A DNA stretch of 63,777 bases, counting the filler, from Octopus bimaculoides (Eukaryota), in NCBI RefSeq assembly GCF_001194135.2. It is 6 parts of 6 records of this genome, joined end to end, with 100 filler letters (N's around TTAATTAATTAA, not from the genome) between each part and the next. Parts side by side here need not be neighbours in the genome. Positions count along the whole stretch, not along the records: positions 25,300 to 43,256 come from NC_068992.1; 5 more parts are not named here. The stretch is one strand, 5' to 3'. Position 1 is the stretch's first letter. Every line of letters begins with the position of its first letter. Below are positions 26,137-40,386 of this stretch, in pieces. A model generated the notes under the pieces. It did no database searches. It worked only from the letters and a program-made list of their open reading frames with translations, and was not told the origin of the DNA. A program made the position numbers and the translations under genes.

Positions 26137-27777
26137 TACACACACATACACAGACGCACACAGTCGCGAACACACATACATACATGCATGCACAACACGC
26201 ACACACGTACAAAAGTCTCCTACCGACACTCTATTCATAAATAGGAGCATGGTAAAATTGAAAGCATGCATTGTTTTAACTTCTAAACCTCACAGGTGTG
26301 GGTCATTTCCCACACTGCACAGAAACTAGAAAGGCTTTACAAGTAAGTGCCCAAGTGTTTCAGCTGATCACTCTCAACACCCAACACATCAGCTGGTACG
26401 AGATGTTAAAGTTCTTTGCATTCAATGATCTCACACACATATGCATACATATATGTGTATAATTATATACATACATACATATATATANNNNNNNNNNNNN
26501 NNNNNNNNNNNNNNNNNNNNNNNNNNNNNNNNNNNNNNNNNNNNNNNNNNNNNNNNNNNNNNNNNNNNNNNNNNNNNNNNNNNNNNNNNNNNNNNNNNNN
26601 NNNNNNNNNNNNNNNNNNNNNNNNNNNNNNNNNNNNNNNNNNNNNNNNNNNNNNNNNNNNNNNNNNNNNNNNNNNNNNNNNNNNNNNNNNNNNNNNNNNN
26701 NNNNNNNNNNNNNNNNNNNNNNNNNNNNNNNNNNNNNNNNNNNNNNNNNNNNNNNNNNNNNNNNNNNNNNNNNNNNNNNNNTATATAAATATATATGTAT
26801 GTATGTATGTATGTTTGTATGTATGTATGTATGTTTGTATGTATGTATGTATGTATGTATGTATGTATGTTCGTTTCTCTTCCGTTTTTAATCATTTAAA
26901 TTCTTCTTCTGAAAGAGCTGGTTTCTAACGAAGAGACAGAGCTCCTCCATTGGAATACAGATAACAAAAACTCACATTTTAAAACAGACAAGCTTGCATA
27001 GTTTTACTGTTTCTGCTTATGTATGTATGTATGGATGGATGGATGTATGGATGTATGTATGGATGGATGTATGCATGCATGCACACATGTATTTACGTGA
27101 ACACGTATACACCTACATACTTACGTGCACATGTACACACAGACGCAGGCATAATTGTAAACTTATTTGCTGGATTTTCTGAATCTTTTACATATTTCGG
27201 CAATACTTATTAGATTGTATCTGAATCTTTTGATCAGGCATGTCCTGTCTGGTTTTGAGAATCCCAGTCTTTCAAGAAATTGAGCCAGTTAGTCTTGCAA
27301 CCAAGTATTCCAATAATCATGGGTTGAAATCTACCACTAACTAGCAATAGTTTCGTTGAAATAACAGTAAAAAAATGAGGTGTATGTACACCAGTAACAA
27401 CAACCAACCCATGTAATACACCCTTCTCCCAAAACAATTACTGACACGTGTTGTGTCATGTTTGTTTGCTTGTTTTATTCGTTGAGTCAATTGATTGACT
27501 CAGCGTCCGAGTGATTGTGTATCTAAGAAACCACTAAAGTTAGGAAATGCAAGTCTTGTTATCAACGATTTTGAGGTGAAATATAATAAAAGTAAATGTT
27601 TTCATTTTGTCTCTTTGAACTGATTCCGGTTTAGCAAGTTATTTAGCATATAAAGTCTACGGTCAACACTATTCAACTTGTCATATATTTGCTGAACCTC
27701 GAGTTATATAGAATAAATGAAATCAGTGACACGAGTCATCAAAGACATACGTTTCACATAGTAATACAATTATTCCT

Positions 27778-28164
27778 GTGGAGGCGCAATGGCCCAGTGG
27801 TCAGGGCAGCGGACTCGCGGTCATAGGATCGCGATTTCGATTCCCAGACCGGGCGTTGTGAGTGTTTATTGAGTGAAAACACCTAGAGCTCCACGAGGCT
27901 CCAGCAGGGAATGGTGGCGAACCCTGCTGTACTCTTTCACCACAACTTTCTCTCACTCTTACTTCCTGTTTCTGTTGTGCCTGTAATTCAAAGGTTCAGC
28001 CTTGTCACATTGTGTCACGCTGAATATCCCCGAGAACTACGTTAAGGGTACACGTGTCTGTGGAGTGCTCAGCCACTTTCACGTTAATTTCACGAGCAGG
28101 CTGTTCCGTTGGTCGGATCAACTGGAACCCTCGACGTCGTAAGCGACGGAGTGCCAACAACAAC
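27778..28164 (+). mobile_element. Full-length SINE family A with (AAC)n tail
   Basis: A-box tggcccagtgg, B-box-like gatttcgattcc, and an imperfect TSD (caattattcct / cagttactcct). Confidence 0.9.
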
Positions 28165-28167
28165 AGT

Positions 28168-28365
28168 TACTCCTGTTGTTTAGCTCCAAGTTAAGCGTGA
28201 TCTAGCAGCTTCGGGATCAAAGGCTTTCCAGTCGTGACTATCTCATCTTTTTTGGAGTATATGCAAAACTACTTTACCTAACTTGCCCTTTATTTAAAAC
28301 AGTAGGGTGTGATTTGTGATGAGATATGTAGTTGCTATTTCTAGAAGGTCGAGCGACCATGTTTG
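28168..28365. repeat. Interspersed repeat family G (related pieces near 14590, 28730, 39135, 43727)
   Basis: Recurrent blocks tgttgtttag..., gatcaaag..ttcca...gtgac and ggtgtgatttg...gctatttctag; class unknown. Confidence 0.45.
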
Positions 28366-28490
28366 CTTTCCCTTCATAGTGGTCATACATTCAAATACTA
28401 TTTCTCTTGGGATAGCTACTTATTAAGCATTTAGGTGACATATTTTTCCTATTAAGAGAGAGGGGGAGAGAAAGGGAGGGAGAGGGAGGA

Positions 28491-28551
<61 letters not shown>

Positions 28552-29519
28552 AAGAGCGAGAGAGAGCGAGAGAGAGCGTGGATGGAACGCAGCCCTTGTT
28601 ACAAGATGATTCTCTATGACCTTTTCGAGTTCGGACAAAAGGCCGTATATTTTAAGACATGTAATCAATGATTTATTGCAAATGCTTGTGTTTCGCTTGA
28701 ACATTAAACATATAAATTGTTCATTAGTCGAAGATCAATCTTGATCCAGGAGGTCAATGATCAAAGATGTTTCAAACGTGATCATCCTGTCTTTGCTTCT
28801 TATATAATGTATCTAAGCCATAGATTCTAGGGCTAAATTACTCTAATTATATATGTCTCTTTTCTTTTTTAAAGTGGAGGTGTATAACTATAGGAAAATC
28901 CGACTGCTATTTGTGGAGGCCTTCTCTGTAGTTCATAAAGTTTTAAATAAATTGACCTTGCATCTGTGATTTCAGCGATGTACAGTTGTGGCATCGAGAA
29001 ACAGAAACTTCGTCGGTTTGTTTGCGGTTCATTGTTTCACTCAATGTACTTATTTCCCTAATGAACTAAAACTGGTTTCTATAATCGAAGCTGCAAAATA
29101 TTTACTTCTGTGGGTGTTTTGTTGCCAATCATCTGTCTGAGGGTTTGGTTTATCTATCTGTGAGTCTATATGTTTTTTTCGTTATCATTTTTTTTTTTTA
29201 ATATTTTTTGTTCTTTGAAAACAATCAACCATTTGTACACCGGATCTGTATTGAAATTGCGGTGAACGCGTGTGAGTTTCAGGGCGTTACGACCGTAAAG
29301 GAAATAGATTTGTTTTTTTGTAAGTTGAACAATGTTGAATCAATAATATTTGAGTGGAGTGGTTGGAAATTACTGTGACATACCAGTAATAACTTTTCCA
29401 CCTTAAACTTTTCTTCATTCAATAATTCGATTAAAAAAATATCACCAGAAATATTACTGACATTAAAGACATCATGCATTATATTTTAGGTTTATTTTAT
29501 ATTCTGTTTTTTTGGCTAA

Positions 29520-29850
29520 TCTTTCTTTTTTTATTTTACTTATTTCAGTCATTTGACTGCAGCCATGCCGGGGTACCGCCTTGAAGGATTTTAATCGAAC
29601 AAATCGACCCCAGGACTTATTTTTTTAAAGTCTACTACTTTTTCTATTGGTCGCTTTGCCGGTCTGCTAAGTTACACACACCAACACTCCAACAACAACT
29701 GTCAAGCAGTGGTGGGTGGACACAAAGACACACATAGATATATACACTTACATTTTCAACGGGCTTCTTTCAGTTCCCGTCTACCAAATCCACTTACAAG
29801 GCTTTGGTCGGCCTGAGGCTATAGTAGAAGACACTTACCCAAGGTGCCAT
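29520..29850 (-). mobile_element. SINE family B lacking its head, abutting a Tx1 fragment
   Basis: Matches family B from gcatggcaccttgggtaagtgtc to the tail. Confidence 0.8.
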
Positions 29851-30230
29851 GCTCCAATGTCCGTTAAGGACGTTAAACGCGGAAGATAGAACCGGACGTG
29901 CGGTGACCACACCTGGTCCCCATCCAGGTAAAGCCAGAAGTGCCTCAACCTTAACGCGAGTTTTCGCATCTTCGGCCAAGGCGTCCTTAACCCACCTTTT
30001 AGCGGTTTCTGGCAGCAGACAGAGTGCTTCACAAGTGGCTTTCCTCCCTTCCACAAACAGCGGAAAAAGATTCTATCCAACTTGTTCAGCCACAAATCGG
30101 GACAAGGCACCACGGTCAGACGGTAGGTGATAACTGATGCTATAAACATCTGCACCACCTCCGCCTTCCTTAGCAAAGATAACGCCCACCCAGACCAGGT
30201 CTGGGTCAGAACAGTCACCCTGCTGAGCAG
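29851..30230 (-). mobile_element. Tx1/L1-clade LINE ORF2 fragment (C-terminal to RT)
   Basis: SRVTVLTQTWSGWALSLLRKAEVVQMFIASVITYRLTVVPCP...FFRCLWKG...CQKPLKGGL matches the L1/Tx1 W..R.LS..GR and FLW.G...GGLG patterns. Confidence 0.8.
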
Positions 30231-31499
30231 CTTAACAGGACTCAAAATCCCAGAGTTTCATGCGTTGGCACATAAACTTATCCAACATATATATAATGCA
30301 CGTTATAAGGATTTAACTTATCCGGTGGTAATCATAAAAAAGCTCCTTTAATAAGTCAGGCTACAAGCCACATAGTGAACCAAAGCAAAGAAAGTCCGAT
30401 GCAGTTAAAATCCCATAAATCCATGGAGCTAAGTAATGGTCACAAGGAAAGGCTCAGTAAATCCCATTTGGAGTCAACATTAGACTTACTCTGCGCAAGA
30501 TTAACCCAACTCTGTGAAAGAATAAACGCTGGTGTAAAAGGTGGAAGTGCTAAACCCTTATTTCAAAAATTTTTTATATGAAAGCAAGGTAGAGAAAAAG
30601 AAAGGAAAAACGCAATGACGTATGTACAATCATGGCAACACATTAAGGGGTCACATTTATAGGCAACTCTTGGCTTTGAGTACTTTTTCCACACGTACTC
30701 AAAAGACAAGAAACAGGATGCACTTTGATCTACTTAGGTAGTTCTTGTTCATAATACGTTTGTTTTACTTTAGCACCACTTCAAGCACAGGGACAATGTT
30801 ACTACTGATTCTGTTGTTGTTGATGATGATGATGATAATAATGATGATATTTTTGTTCTAATTGTTATTGTTGTTGCTGTTAATGCAGGTGACACTTGTT
30901 GCGGTAGTGGTATGGCTCTCGTAGTAGGGATGGGGGGGGGGTGTAGAGTTATGGTTGGAATTTGTGGTTGTTATCGTTGTGGTGGTAAGACCTCTTGTGT
31001 TGTAGTGACGGTAGGTGATGGTGGTGACGGTGGCGGCTGCAGTGATGGTTGTGATGATGATGGTGGTGGCAGTGGTGGNNNNNNNNNNNNNNNNNNNNNN
31101 NNNGGTGGTGGTGGGGGTAGTGGTGGCCTCTGATGGCGATGGCGGTCGTGGTGGCGGTGTAAGATTGGTTGCTTCTAAAGTATTTGCCCCGTTGCCACAA
31201 ACGTGTGCACACTCATCTCCTACTCAGAGAATTATAAGTGGTGAAATCTAGTATTGTGTGTGTCCACGTGTTGGGCGGCAGGGGAGGTACATACACGCAC
31301 AGATAGACGGGACATACACGTGCGAGCACTCACTCATATACACAAACACAAACATACATATCCACTCTACATGTTGTACAGATCCACTTCACTTCGTTTT
31401 TACAAAGAAATGAATACCACACTAAACAGACACACATCGCTGATCACTTCCTTTACTCTGCATCTGAAATCTAGAGATTGTATTTATGCCTACAGTCTT

Positions 31500-31880
31500 A
31501 GAGTATAGTCGTAAAATATGATAGTTTTGTATCTAGTCATAAGATAGAGGTCTTCTGTGTCTAATCATAAAATATATTCGTTGTCTTTTAGTCACAGAAA
31601 TACATTGAGTTTTGTCATAAAATGTAGAATCTTTATGTCTAGTCATAACGATACAAATATTTCTTCGGTCATAAAATGTAGAATCTTTGTGTTTAATTAT
31701 AAATTAATAAAGTATACAACATATGTCTTGTTATCAAGTATAGAATCTTTGTGTTTAGTCATAGAACATACATCTTTGTGTTTAGTCACAGAACATAAAT
31801 CTTTATGTCTAGCTATAAGATATGATATACGTCTCACTTTAAATATAGATTTTCTGTCTTTAGTCATAAAATAACAACAA
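31500..31880. repeat. AT-rich minisatellite of about 27-bp units (tgtttagtcatagaacatacatctt-like)
   Basis: Repeated tagtcata/tagtcaca...atcttt units; partly duplicated at 35230-35416. Confidence 0.75.
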
Positions 31881-33657
31881 AAGCTAATAGAGGAAGGTTG
31901 TAATCGTAAGATTTACTGTATAGCATTTTTCTGATAGTGTTTCTTGTCAAAATAAAAGCAAAAGAATAAGAAAAACGTATTACATAATACGTAATAGTCA
32001 CAAAGATGTTAGATGAAAGTGTATCTTCTTGAAGTACACATGAAGACGTCTCAAACGCACTATTGTTCTCTGAAAAAGTACAAACATAGGCGTTATTCTT
32101 AATGAAGAAGGATATAATGAGATTAATGAATAAACCTAGTACTTCATAGAAACTTAAAATAACTTGGCTTGCTGTTCTGTTTATTTAGTCAAATGCATAA
32201 GAAAAGTCCACAGAGTTGCAATGTTTTTCCTTTAACGGTGGAAGTTAATTCATATAATTTATGTAAATATTGGTTCAGTAGTATATATATCTGGTCTTAA
32301 ACCAAAATGAAACTTTAGAATTTATTCTTAAATTCTGGTCTTAGTTTTGTGAGAAGCACGCGTTTAAAATATTTTACAATGAATTAAAAACCAATGAGTG
32401 TTTGTTGGAGACTTGATATACTCTCTTAGGAATTCAACTTCGTATGGTCACACACCTTTGTTATTTTTAGCAGCAGAATTTGTTTAAGATAAACACACCA
32501 ATTAGCATCACGTGAATTTTACTATATTTGGAATTGTTTAGTTAGAGAGAGAATTAAAATGTTATCGAGCAACGAAAGGTATTAAAACAGTTCTATTTTA
32601 TCGTAACGAGGTCTGAACAATATCAGAAACACTAACAGGAAGGATAAACGATTGGCATCGCACCCTTCTAAGATTTACGCTCGGATATTATTTTCCATTA
32701 AAGAATAAATAAAAAAAATGACTTATTGAAAGAGTGCAGACTTCTGCAGCCGACAATATTTTACTTTCAAAAAGATTAACTCTGATTATACTTCCTTTGA
32801 GAAAAACCAAATATATCACTGGCTATTCTTTTGAATTACAGATATAATATTACACAACCTTATTATGCTGAAGGAGCTTTTTCAAAGTTAAAAATAATTT
32901 AACCAGATGTGAAGCTAGTTTTCTTATCATGAATAGGAATTATAGCCATGTTATGTTCAACATGCTGAATAATTTCAAAGAGAAAGAAGTATCTTCTGCA
33001 GTGCTTATTAATTTGGCTGAAACGCAATTATGAGAAATTTTCCTTTACTACTTTTTACTAATATCAATCCTCAGATTGATCCTAAGATAGCATATCTAGA
33101 ACAACAGATCTGTTGATCGCACCTTGTCATTCGGATAACTACGTGTTTGACATAGGTCTACTTGGTTAAAATTTCTCTGGGGCTGCAGGGAAACAACCCA
33201 AATTCCGACACCAACGACAGCTGCATCACCGGTGACAAGATTCGAAACAGCAATCTTTTAGTTGGCTTTATGTTACTTTATCGACTCAGCCTCTACATTT
33301 GTTCTTTATTAAAGGAAAGCTTCTCCTAATTGCGTTGCAGCCAAATTCTTTAATTCAGGAAGCATTACTCTAGTGTTTGCCGCGAATACGTCAATTGGTT
33401 AGTAGTGGTCAGGTGGGGTCAACAACATTTTGGTTAAATGCCAGTAATTAAATGGTTAGTTAATTACTTAGCTGAAGTGGTTATGCTTTTTTGTCTTTCT
33501 CCTTTTTGTTTCTATCTTTTCTTTTATTTCTCTTTTATTGTTATCATGATTATTTTTTCTGGTTGCGAAAGACCTATTTCTACGATGGGTGTTTTGTTTC
33601 GAAATTAGGAAGGAAAGACTTAGTTCTTGCCAAAAGGAGCTTATTAGTGTCTTGTGC

Positions 33658-33691
33658 CAATAATAATAATAATGATAATAATAATAATAAC

Positions 33692-33735
<44 letters not shown>

Positions 33736-33780
33736 AAATGATGATAAGATGATGATGATGATGATGATGATGACGACGAC
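33658..33780. repeat. (AAT)n then (GAT)n microsatellites
   Basis: Directly visible. Confidence 0.9.
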
Positions 33781-35208
33781 GGCACTCTAACACATCCACT
33801 ACAAGAGCCCTTGTATTCATACAAAACGTGCCACATAAAAAACAAAAGGACGTATGGTGATATGCAAACACACAGCTACACACATTCATACTTACGTACA
33901 CACGCCCAAACACACATACAACTTAATACACAAACACACACCTATAAACGGAATGAAGGTGAAATCGCAACAGACTATATTAATTTATAAAATGATACGC
34001 AATAAAAAAAAAATACAAAATATACTAAAACAATAGATGAAACCCACCTACAAGGAGAAACGACTGAGTTTGAATCAGCTCGGCTAAATTCTTTTGTTGG
34101 TAGTGAAAAACTGGTACTTCCGAAATTGATTGAGAGTATCATTCAGATTTGAACAAAGTGGGAGTTGTCCTACGTCCTCTTTGATGGGGCGATTTTACAT
34201 GCAGATCGGCTGTTTGAGTAGATTACACAGACCGTCAACTGGATGATCTACACAATCTCTATCTCGTTCTCAAACATCATATTATTCCCTTCTTGTAGGC
34301 AACTTATAAAGACTTGTAGGAAACTTATAAAGTTGTAGGCAACTTGCAAATCTCATACGGTCCCAGCAAATGTCATTTTGTGCTTCCTTTGCTTTTAACC
34401 CTCCTTTCATTTTCTTTCGTTATCTCCGACAGTCACGTCTAGCCATTCTATATTTCTTTTCCATTGCCGCAAGGTGACGAAATAGTATTATTGGTCGTCG
34501 CTTTTGGTCTTCTGTATGCTTGGGAAGGAGAACACCTCGGCTTGTCAATACCCCTTCTCAGCACCGTCGGTACTCAGAACCGTTGTTATTCAGCACCGAA
34601 ATTAAGGTAATTCTTTTCTGTTACACTTGGAACTGGAGTTCTGGAAACAATATTTTCCGGAGCCTTCTGTTATTGCTACTACTTCTTCTATTGTCCTCTG
34701 TCATCTTTCGTCCCCTGTTTTTTTCTCGATATTTTGGGGTCGAAAGCCCTCAAATGGATTTTATTACCACATACGACGAAGCACCTGGACTTTTTGCATT
34801 GACACATCTATCAGAATGCTTTCCTTTCTGGGACATCCTAGCGGTCTTTTATGGTGGTGTGTAATTAGGACCTGTATGTCTATACCGGTTTCGTCAGACC
34901 ACATTATATTATGTATCACTTACCTAATCACTATCTGCCTATAGAGTGCTGCAAAGATGAACGTCCGAAACAATATTATAGGCCATATTGAATTATCAGT
35001 AATCATGATGCTAATCTTAGCAATACTAGATGTCACCCATCAAACCTAATGGGATGAGCGTTCAAACTTCCTAAAGCCTTTAGAGGGTAACGAATTTTCA
35101 GATATCTAAAAGTAAAAAAAAGAATTGCTTCAAGTGAACTTGATAAAATTCGAATGTCCTTCGAAACCGTTTCAAATAAGAACAAGAACAACAACAATAA
35201 TGATTTTA

Positions 35209-35762
35209 AATTTTGGGAGAAGGTCAATTTTGTCTTTTAGTCACAGAACTACATTGTGTTTTGCCATAAAATGTAGAATATTTATGTCTAGTCATAACGA
35301 TACAAATATTTCTTCGGTCATAAAATGTAGAATCTTTGTGTTTAATTATAAAATAATAAAGTATACAACATATGTCTAGTTATCAAGTATAGAATCTTTG
35401 TGTTTAGTCATAGAACTAAAAGACAATTTTGGGAGAAGGGTTAAATCGATTCCACCGAGACCAGTACTTGACGGTACTTATTTTATCGACCCCGAAATGA
35501 TAAAAGGTAAAGATGACCTTGCAGCATTAGAACTCAGAACAAAGATATGTTGCGATACATTTTGTCCGGCACTCTACCGATTTCACTAATTCACCGCCCT
35601 CAACCAAAGTTTTACCAATATATTTTAGCGTACATTTTACCACTGTATGAATGAAAAGAAAGTTAACTACGGTGGTATTTGAACTCAGAACGTAAAGAGC
35701 TGAAAGAAATGTCGCTCAGCATTTTGTCCGACGCTCTGACGTTTCTGCCGCTCCACCGCCTT
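35209..35762 (-). mobile_element. Two degenerate SINE family C pieces, the first interrupted by a minisatellite copy
   Basis: ggtacttattttatcgaccccgaaatgataaaagg at about 35472 and tttgaactcagaacgtaaag at about 35678. Confidence 0.7.
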
Positions 35763-36256
35763 CAGCCAAACCCCACCCCAACAACAACAACAGCAATAGG
35801 TGAAGTGGATGAGTGTTAGATCATTAGTGGTAATTAACACACGTGCGGTAATTTACAACCACTTCTTGCCAATGGTTTGCTTTCTAGAGGCTTTCTTCTG
35901 TATTTTTCTTTCTGGTGGAGGAAATGGTGGTTGGGGTCGGGGGATTAATGCTTGGTGTTTGGTGGTGGTGGTGGTGGTGGTGATACGGGAGTGCGCGTGT
36001 ATGTACGTACGTATGTATGTATGTATGTATGTATGTATGTATGTATGTGTGTATGAAAGTGTGTTTGTAAGTGTGGAAGTGTGTGTGTGGATGTGAGTTT
36101 ATGTATGTGTATGTGTATGTGTGTGTGTTTGTGCAAGTGTGTGTAAGTATACGTGTGCGAGTTTGTGTAAGAGTGTATGTATGTGTGTGTAAGTGTGTGT
36201 GTAATTGTGTGCGTAAGTGTGCATGTAAGTGTGCATGTGCGTGTGTTTGTGTGTGT

Positions 36257-36296
<40 letters not shown>

Positions 36297-36639
36297 ATGA
36301 AATATCAAAAGCTGATTAACGTAACATTTAAGTGGTAACCATCACTATTGTATGCCATCTTTGCAGTCTGCCTGTCTGCCTGCCTGCCTGCCAGTTTGCT
36401 TGGCTGTCTGCCTGCCAGTTTGCTTGGCTGTCTGCCTGTCTGCCTGCCTGCCCATCTACCTGTCTGCCTGTCTGTCTGTCACCCTTTCACTCTGTTATGC
36501 AATCATTCTGGCTGTTTGGTGTTTCATAATAATAACGCAATTATATTATTTTTTGGTTATTTCTGAAGTTTAAGGTTGATAGTGACTCCTACTTCTTCCT
36601 TCTCCACCTTCTCTTACACCAGTACCCCGTCCCCCATCC

Positions 36640-36681
36640 ACCACCGCCTTCACAACTCCATCATCATCCTCATCATCATCC

Positions 36682-36712
<31 letters not shown>

Positions 36713-36806
36713 TATCATCATCATCGTCAATATCACCACCATCACCGACACCACTACCACCACCACTACCATCACCACCACCAACACCACCACCATCACC
36801 ATCATC

Positions 36807-36872
<66 letters not shown>
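36640..36872. repeat. (CAT)n/(CAC)n low-complexity tract
   Basis: Directly visible; runs into an N gap. Confidence 0.9.
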
Positions 36873-37552
36873 NNNNNNNNNNNNNNNNNNNNNNNNNNNN
36901 NNNNNNNNNNNNNNNNNNNNNNNNNNNNNNNNNNNNNNNNNNNNNNNNNNNNNNNNNNNNNNNNNNNNNNNNNNNNNNNNNNNNNNNNNNNNNNNNNNNN
37001 NNNNNNNNNNNNNNNNNNNNNNNNNNNNNNNNNNNNNNNNNNNNNNNNNNNNNNNNNNNNNNNNNNNNNNNNNNNNNNNNNNNNNNNNNNNNNNNNNNNN
37101 NNNNNNNNNNNNNNNNNNNNNNNNNNNNNNNNNNNNNNNNNNNNNNNNNNNNNNNNNNNNNNNNNNNNNNNNNNNNNNNNNNNNNNNNNNNNNNNNNNNN
37201 NNNNNNNNNNNNNNNNNNNNNNNNNNNNNNNNNNNNNNNNNNNNNNNNNNNNNNNNNNNNNNNNNNNNNNNNNNNNNNNNNNNNNNNNNNNNNNNNNNNN
37301 NNNNNNNNNNNNNNNNNNNNNNNNNNNNNNNNNNNNNNNNNNNNNNNNNNNNNNNNNNNNNNNNNNNNNNNNNNNNNNNNNNNNNNNNNNNNNNNNNNNN
37401 NNNNNNNNNNNNNNNNNNNNNNNNNNNNNNNNNNNNNNNNNNNNNNNNNNNNNNNNNNNNNNNNNNNNNNNNNNNNNNNNNNNNNNNNNNNNNNNNNNNN
37501 NNNNNNNNNATATATATACATACATACATACACACACAGATTTACATACATG

Positions 37553-37630
<78 letters not shown>

Positions 37631-38348
37631 CATGCATGCATACATGCATGCATACATGTATACATGCATACATACACACAGACACACACATAGATGCATA
37701 GACGCGCACATATATGCATGCATACGTCCCTCCATTCATTCATCCATTTATTCATTCATCCATTCCATACATACATACATACATACATACATACATACAC
37801 ACACACATACATGCGCGAAAGGCTGGCAGAGTCATTTAGAGAGTCGCATAGATTGCATAACAGCGATCGTTCCGACTACCTGCATTCTGAGTTCAAAATC
37901 ATCCCATACGGAAGTCAATTTTTCTTTCTTTCTTTCTTTCTTTCTTTCTTTGTCTCTCCTCTACTCTCTCTCTATCTGCCTGTCTTTTTCTCTCCTCCTC
38001 GAAGAAATCAATATGGTGAAACCTGGAGAAGAGGGATGGGCTCCACCAAGCTAAAAAATATTCCCTATGTTACTACGGCGCTTCTGTCAAGGACTTGGGG
38101 GCCTACATCATGACACACACATATCTGTGTATGGTTATGTGCGTGTACATCGCTTGGATTCAGCGACAAACAATCCAGTTAGGAAGTTGAGTGTAGTGAA
38201 CATATTTTACCTTTGAGTTGTAAAGTTAATTTTGCTATTATGTAAGTACGAGGAAAACGTCCCACGAGAGATTGAAATACAAGGCAATTGTTTGTTCATT
38301 CAGACTACTCGATTTGTCAACTTCCTCGATAACAGAACTAAATTCTCA

Positions 38349-38431
<83 letters not shown>

Positions 38432-39444
38432 TGTGTATGTATATAAGTATATGCTTGAAGCGAGTCGTGAGAATGAGTAATATATATTTGCGCATTTATG
38501 AACACACACACACAAATATATATGCATACGCTCGCATGCATATATATTTATATATCTGTATTATGTGTGTATATGTAAATATGTGAATATGATATGAATC
38601 CCTGCTACTAATGTAATAAGAAACCCAACGTCCTTAATGAATGCCATTTTGATTGTTGCACGAAAGAGACCAGCGATGGCGGAGTGGCATGTTGACGAAT
38701 AAGCTATCTCTATAGGAAAACAAACAAACAGACAAACAAACAAACAAACAAATAAACAAACAAAGGATATTTATCCTAAAATATAAAACAAAACAACAAT
38801 TGACTAAAAGTAACTTAAACTATTCCTTGTTTATTGTTTATCTCGGCCTATACCGTTGGTTCCCAGACCGAACCCTTTTACAATTTGTTCTGAAATAGCA
38901 GAGCTGTTACCACACTAATTGTAATAAGGCTTTCAATGAGACAAAAATATTTTAGAACGATTTTATTCATATAAGAAAACATAAATTTGAAACTGGTGAA
39001 TACCATTTGTTTTATAAAACATATTTTTATAAAATTTCATAAAAAGACCCCTTATGTTGCAGGATCCCACAATTTACCCCTCGTAATCCACTCTAGAAAA
39101 ATTTCTCATTCACAGCAGAGCCGCAGTGTCTGTTGTTTAGTCTCCAGTTGACTCTAACTCAGCAAAGTTACGAAGATAATTGTTTCAGCGGTGAACATCT
39201 CATCTTAGCGTATCTAGGACCACAATATCTAATATGTACTTCCTTTCTTAACGCTGTAGAATGTTGTTTGAGTGAGATTTTAGTTACTGTGTATCAAACC
39301 GATTGAACAGGGTACTAAGAGAGTTAGTATTAGTAACTAATACTGACTCTTTCAGTACTCTGTTCGCTCACCCCTCCATCATCTTGATATAACTCTCTGA
39401 GAAGAAAACGTAGCAGTTCACCGAAAATGTAGTATAGGGGGTAC

Positions 39445-40200
39445 TTGGCACGAAAAACACGAACAACAGAATGGATGGATCATGTCAAGAGCTTGGCGTG
39501 TAGTACTAACAAAATTATTATATCCCACTTTGAAGCTTACCTCTATGCAATTCATGAACAAGAAACCCCCACCAAGTACCTACAACATACGAAGCAGAAA
39601 ACGTCGATAGACAACAAATATAGGTTGTGTAAAACCAAGACTGAAGACATCAACCACATTCACATTCTTATCAACTGTGGGAAGTTGTCTTCCAGATTTT
39701 ATCTTCCCGTCAGGTATGATGCAGTGGTTAGAATAATCTTGAACAGAATAAAAAAGAAAACTCCTACAGACGAAGTTGACTATATTGAGACCGATGGGTT
39801 AAAAGAATATTGGTGGAACTTAAAAATCAAAACAGCCACCAAGTTAAAACACAACCGACCAGATGTTGTTGTGTGGGATCACAAGGCGAGGATATGTTCT
39901 GTTGTGGAAATAAGGTGTTCTCTGGGCACCAACGTAGTTAGAAAAGTACAAGAAAAAGATGACAAGCATGGGCCATTGGTAAGGTGTTTGAAAATACTGT
40001 ACCTAAGATACACTTTCAGCTTCATACCCATTATTATTGGAGCAACAAGATATATATATAAAACCAACCTGTCTGGAACAAAGTATGGTTGAACTTGGAA
40101 TCTTGAGGAGGGAATGCAAATTCTTAATTCAAATGCTACAAATGATCACGATATCAGGAACTATAAAAATCTGCAAGACTTTCTTAAGATTTAAAGGACG
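39445..40200 (+). mobile_element. R4/Dong-clade LINE C-terminus (degenerate CCHC finger plus restriction-like endonuclease)
   Basis: RLCKTKTEDINHI...C, YWWNLKIKTATKLKHNRPDVVVWD...CSVVEI.C and PIIIGA motifs. Confidence 0.85.
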
Positions 40201-40317
40201 ATGGTTAAAACAAGATACTTTCCTTCACAACATTGCTACCAAGCTGGTCAAAATTTAATTCTAAATTAAAAAGAGAAAGAGGACATACATATATACATAC
40301 ATGCATATACATACATA

Positions 40318-40386
<69 letters not shown>

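Noticed and set aside
27778-27855. tRNA gene
   Set aside because: The A/B boxes are SINE heads that continue into multi-copy SINE bodies; I found no complete cloverleaf or oligo-T terminator.
30250-30590. NUMT (a minus frame is open if TGA is read as Trp)
   Set aside because: The translation resembles no mitochondrial protein.
36576-38054. Long ORFs such as 492 aa, 361 aa and 321 aa in the track
   Set aside because: They consist of X from N gaps and translated microsatellites (poly-I, poly-M, YI/HT/CV repeats).
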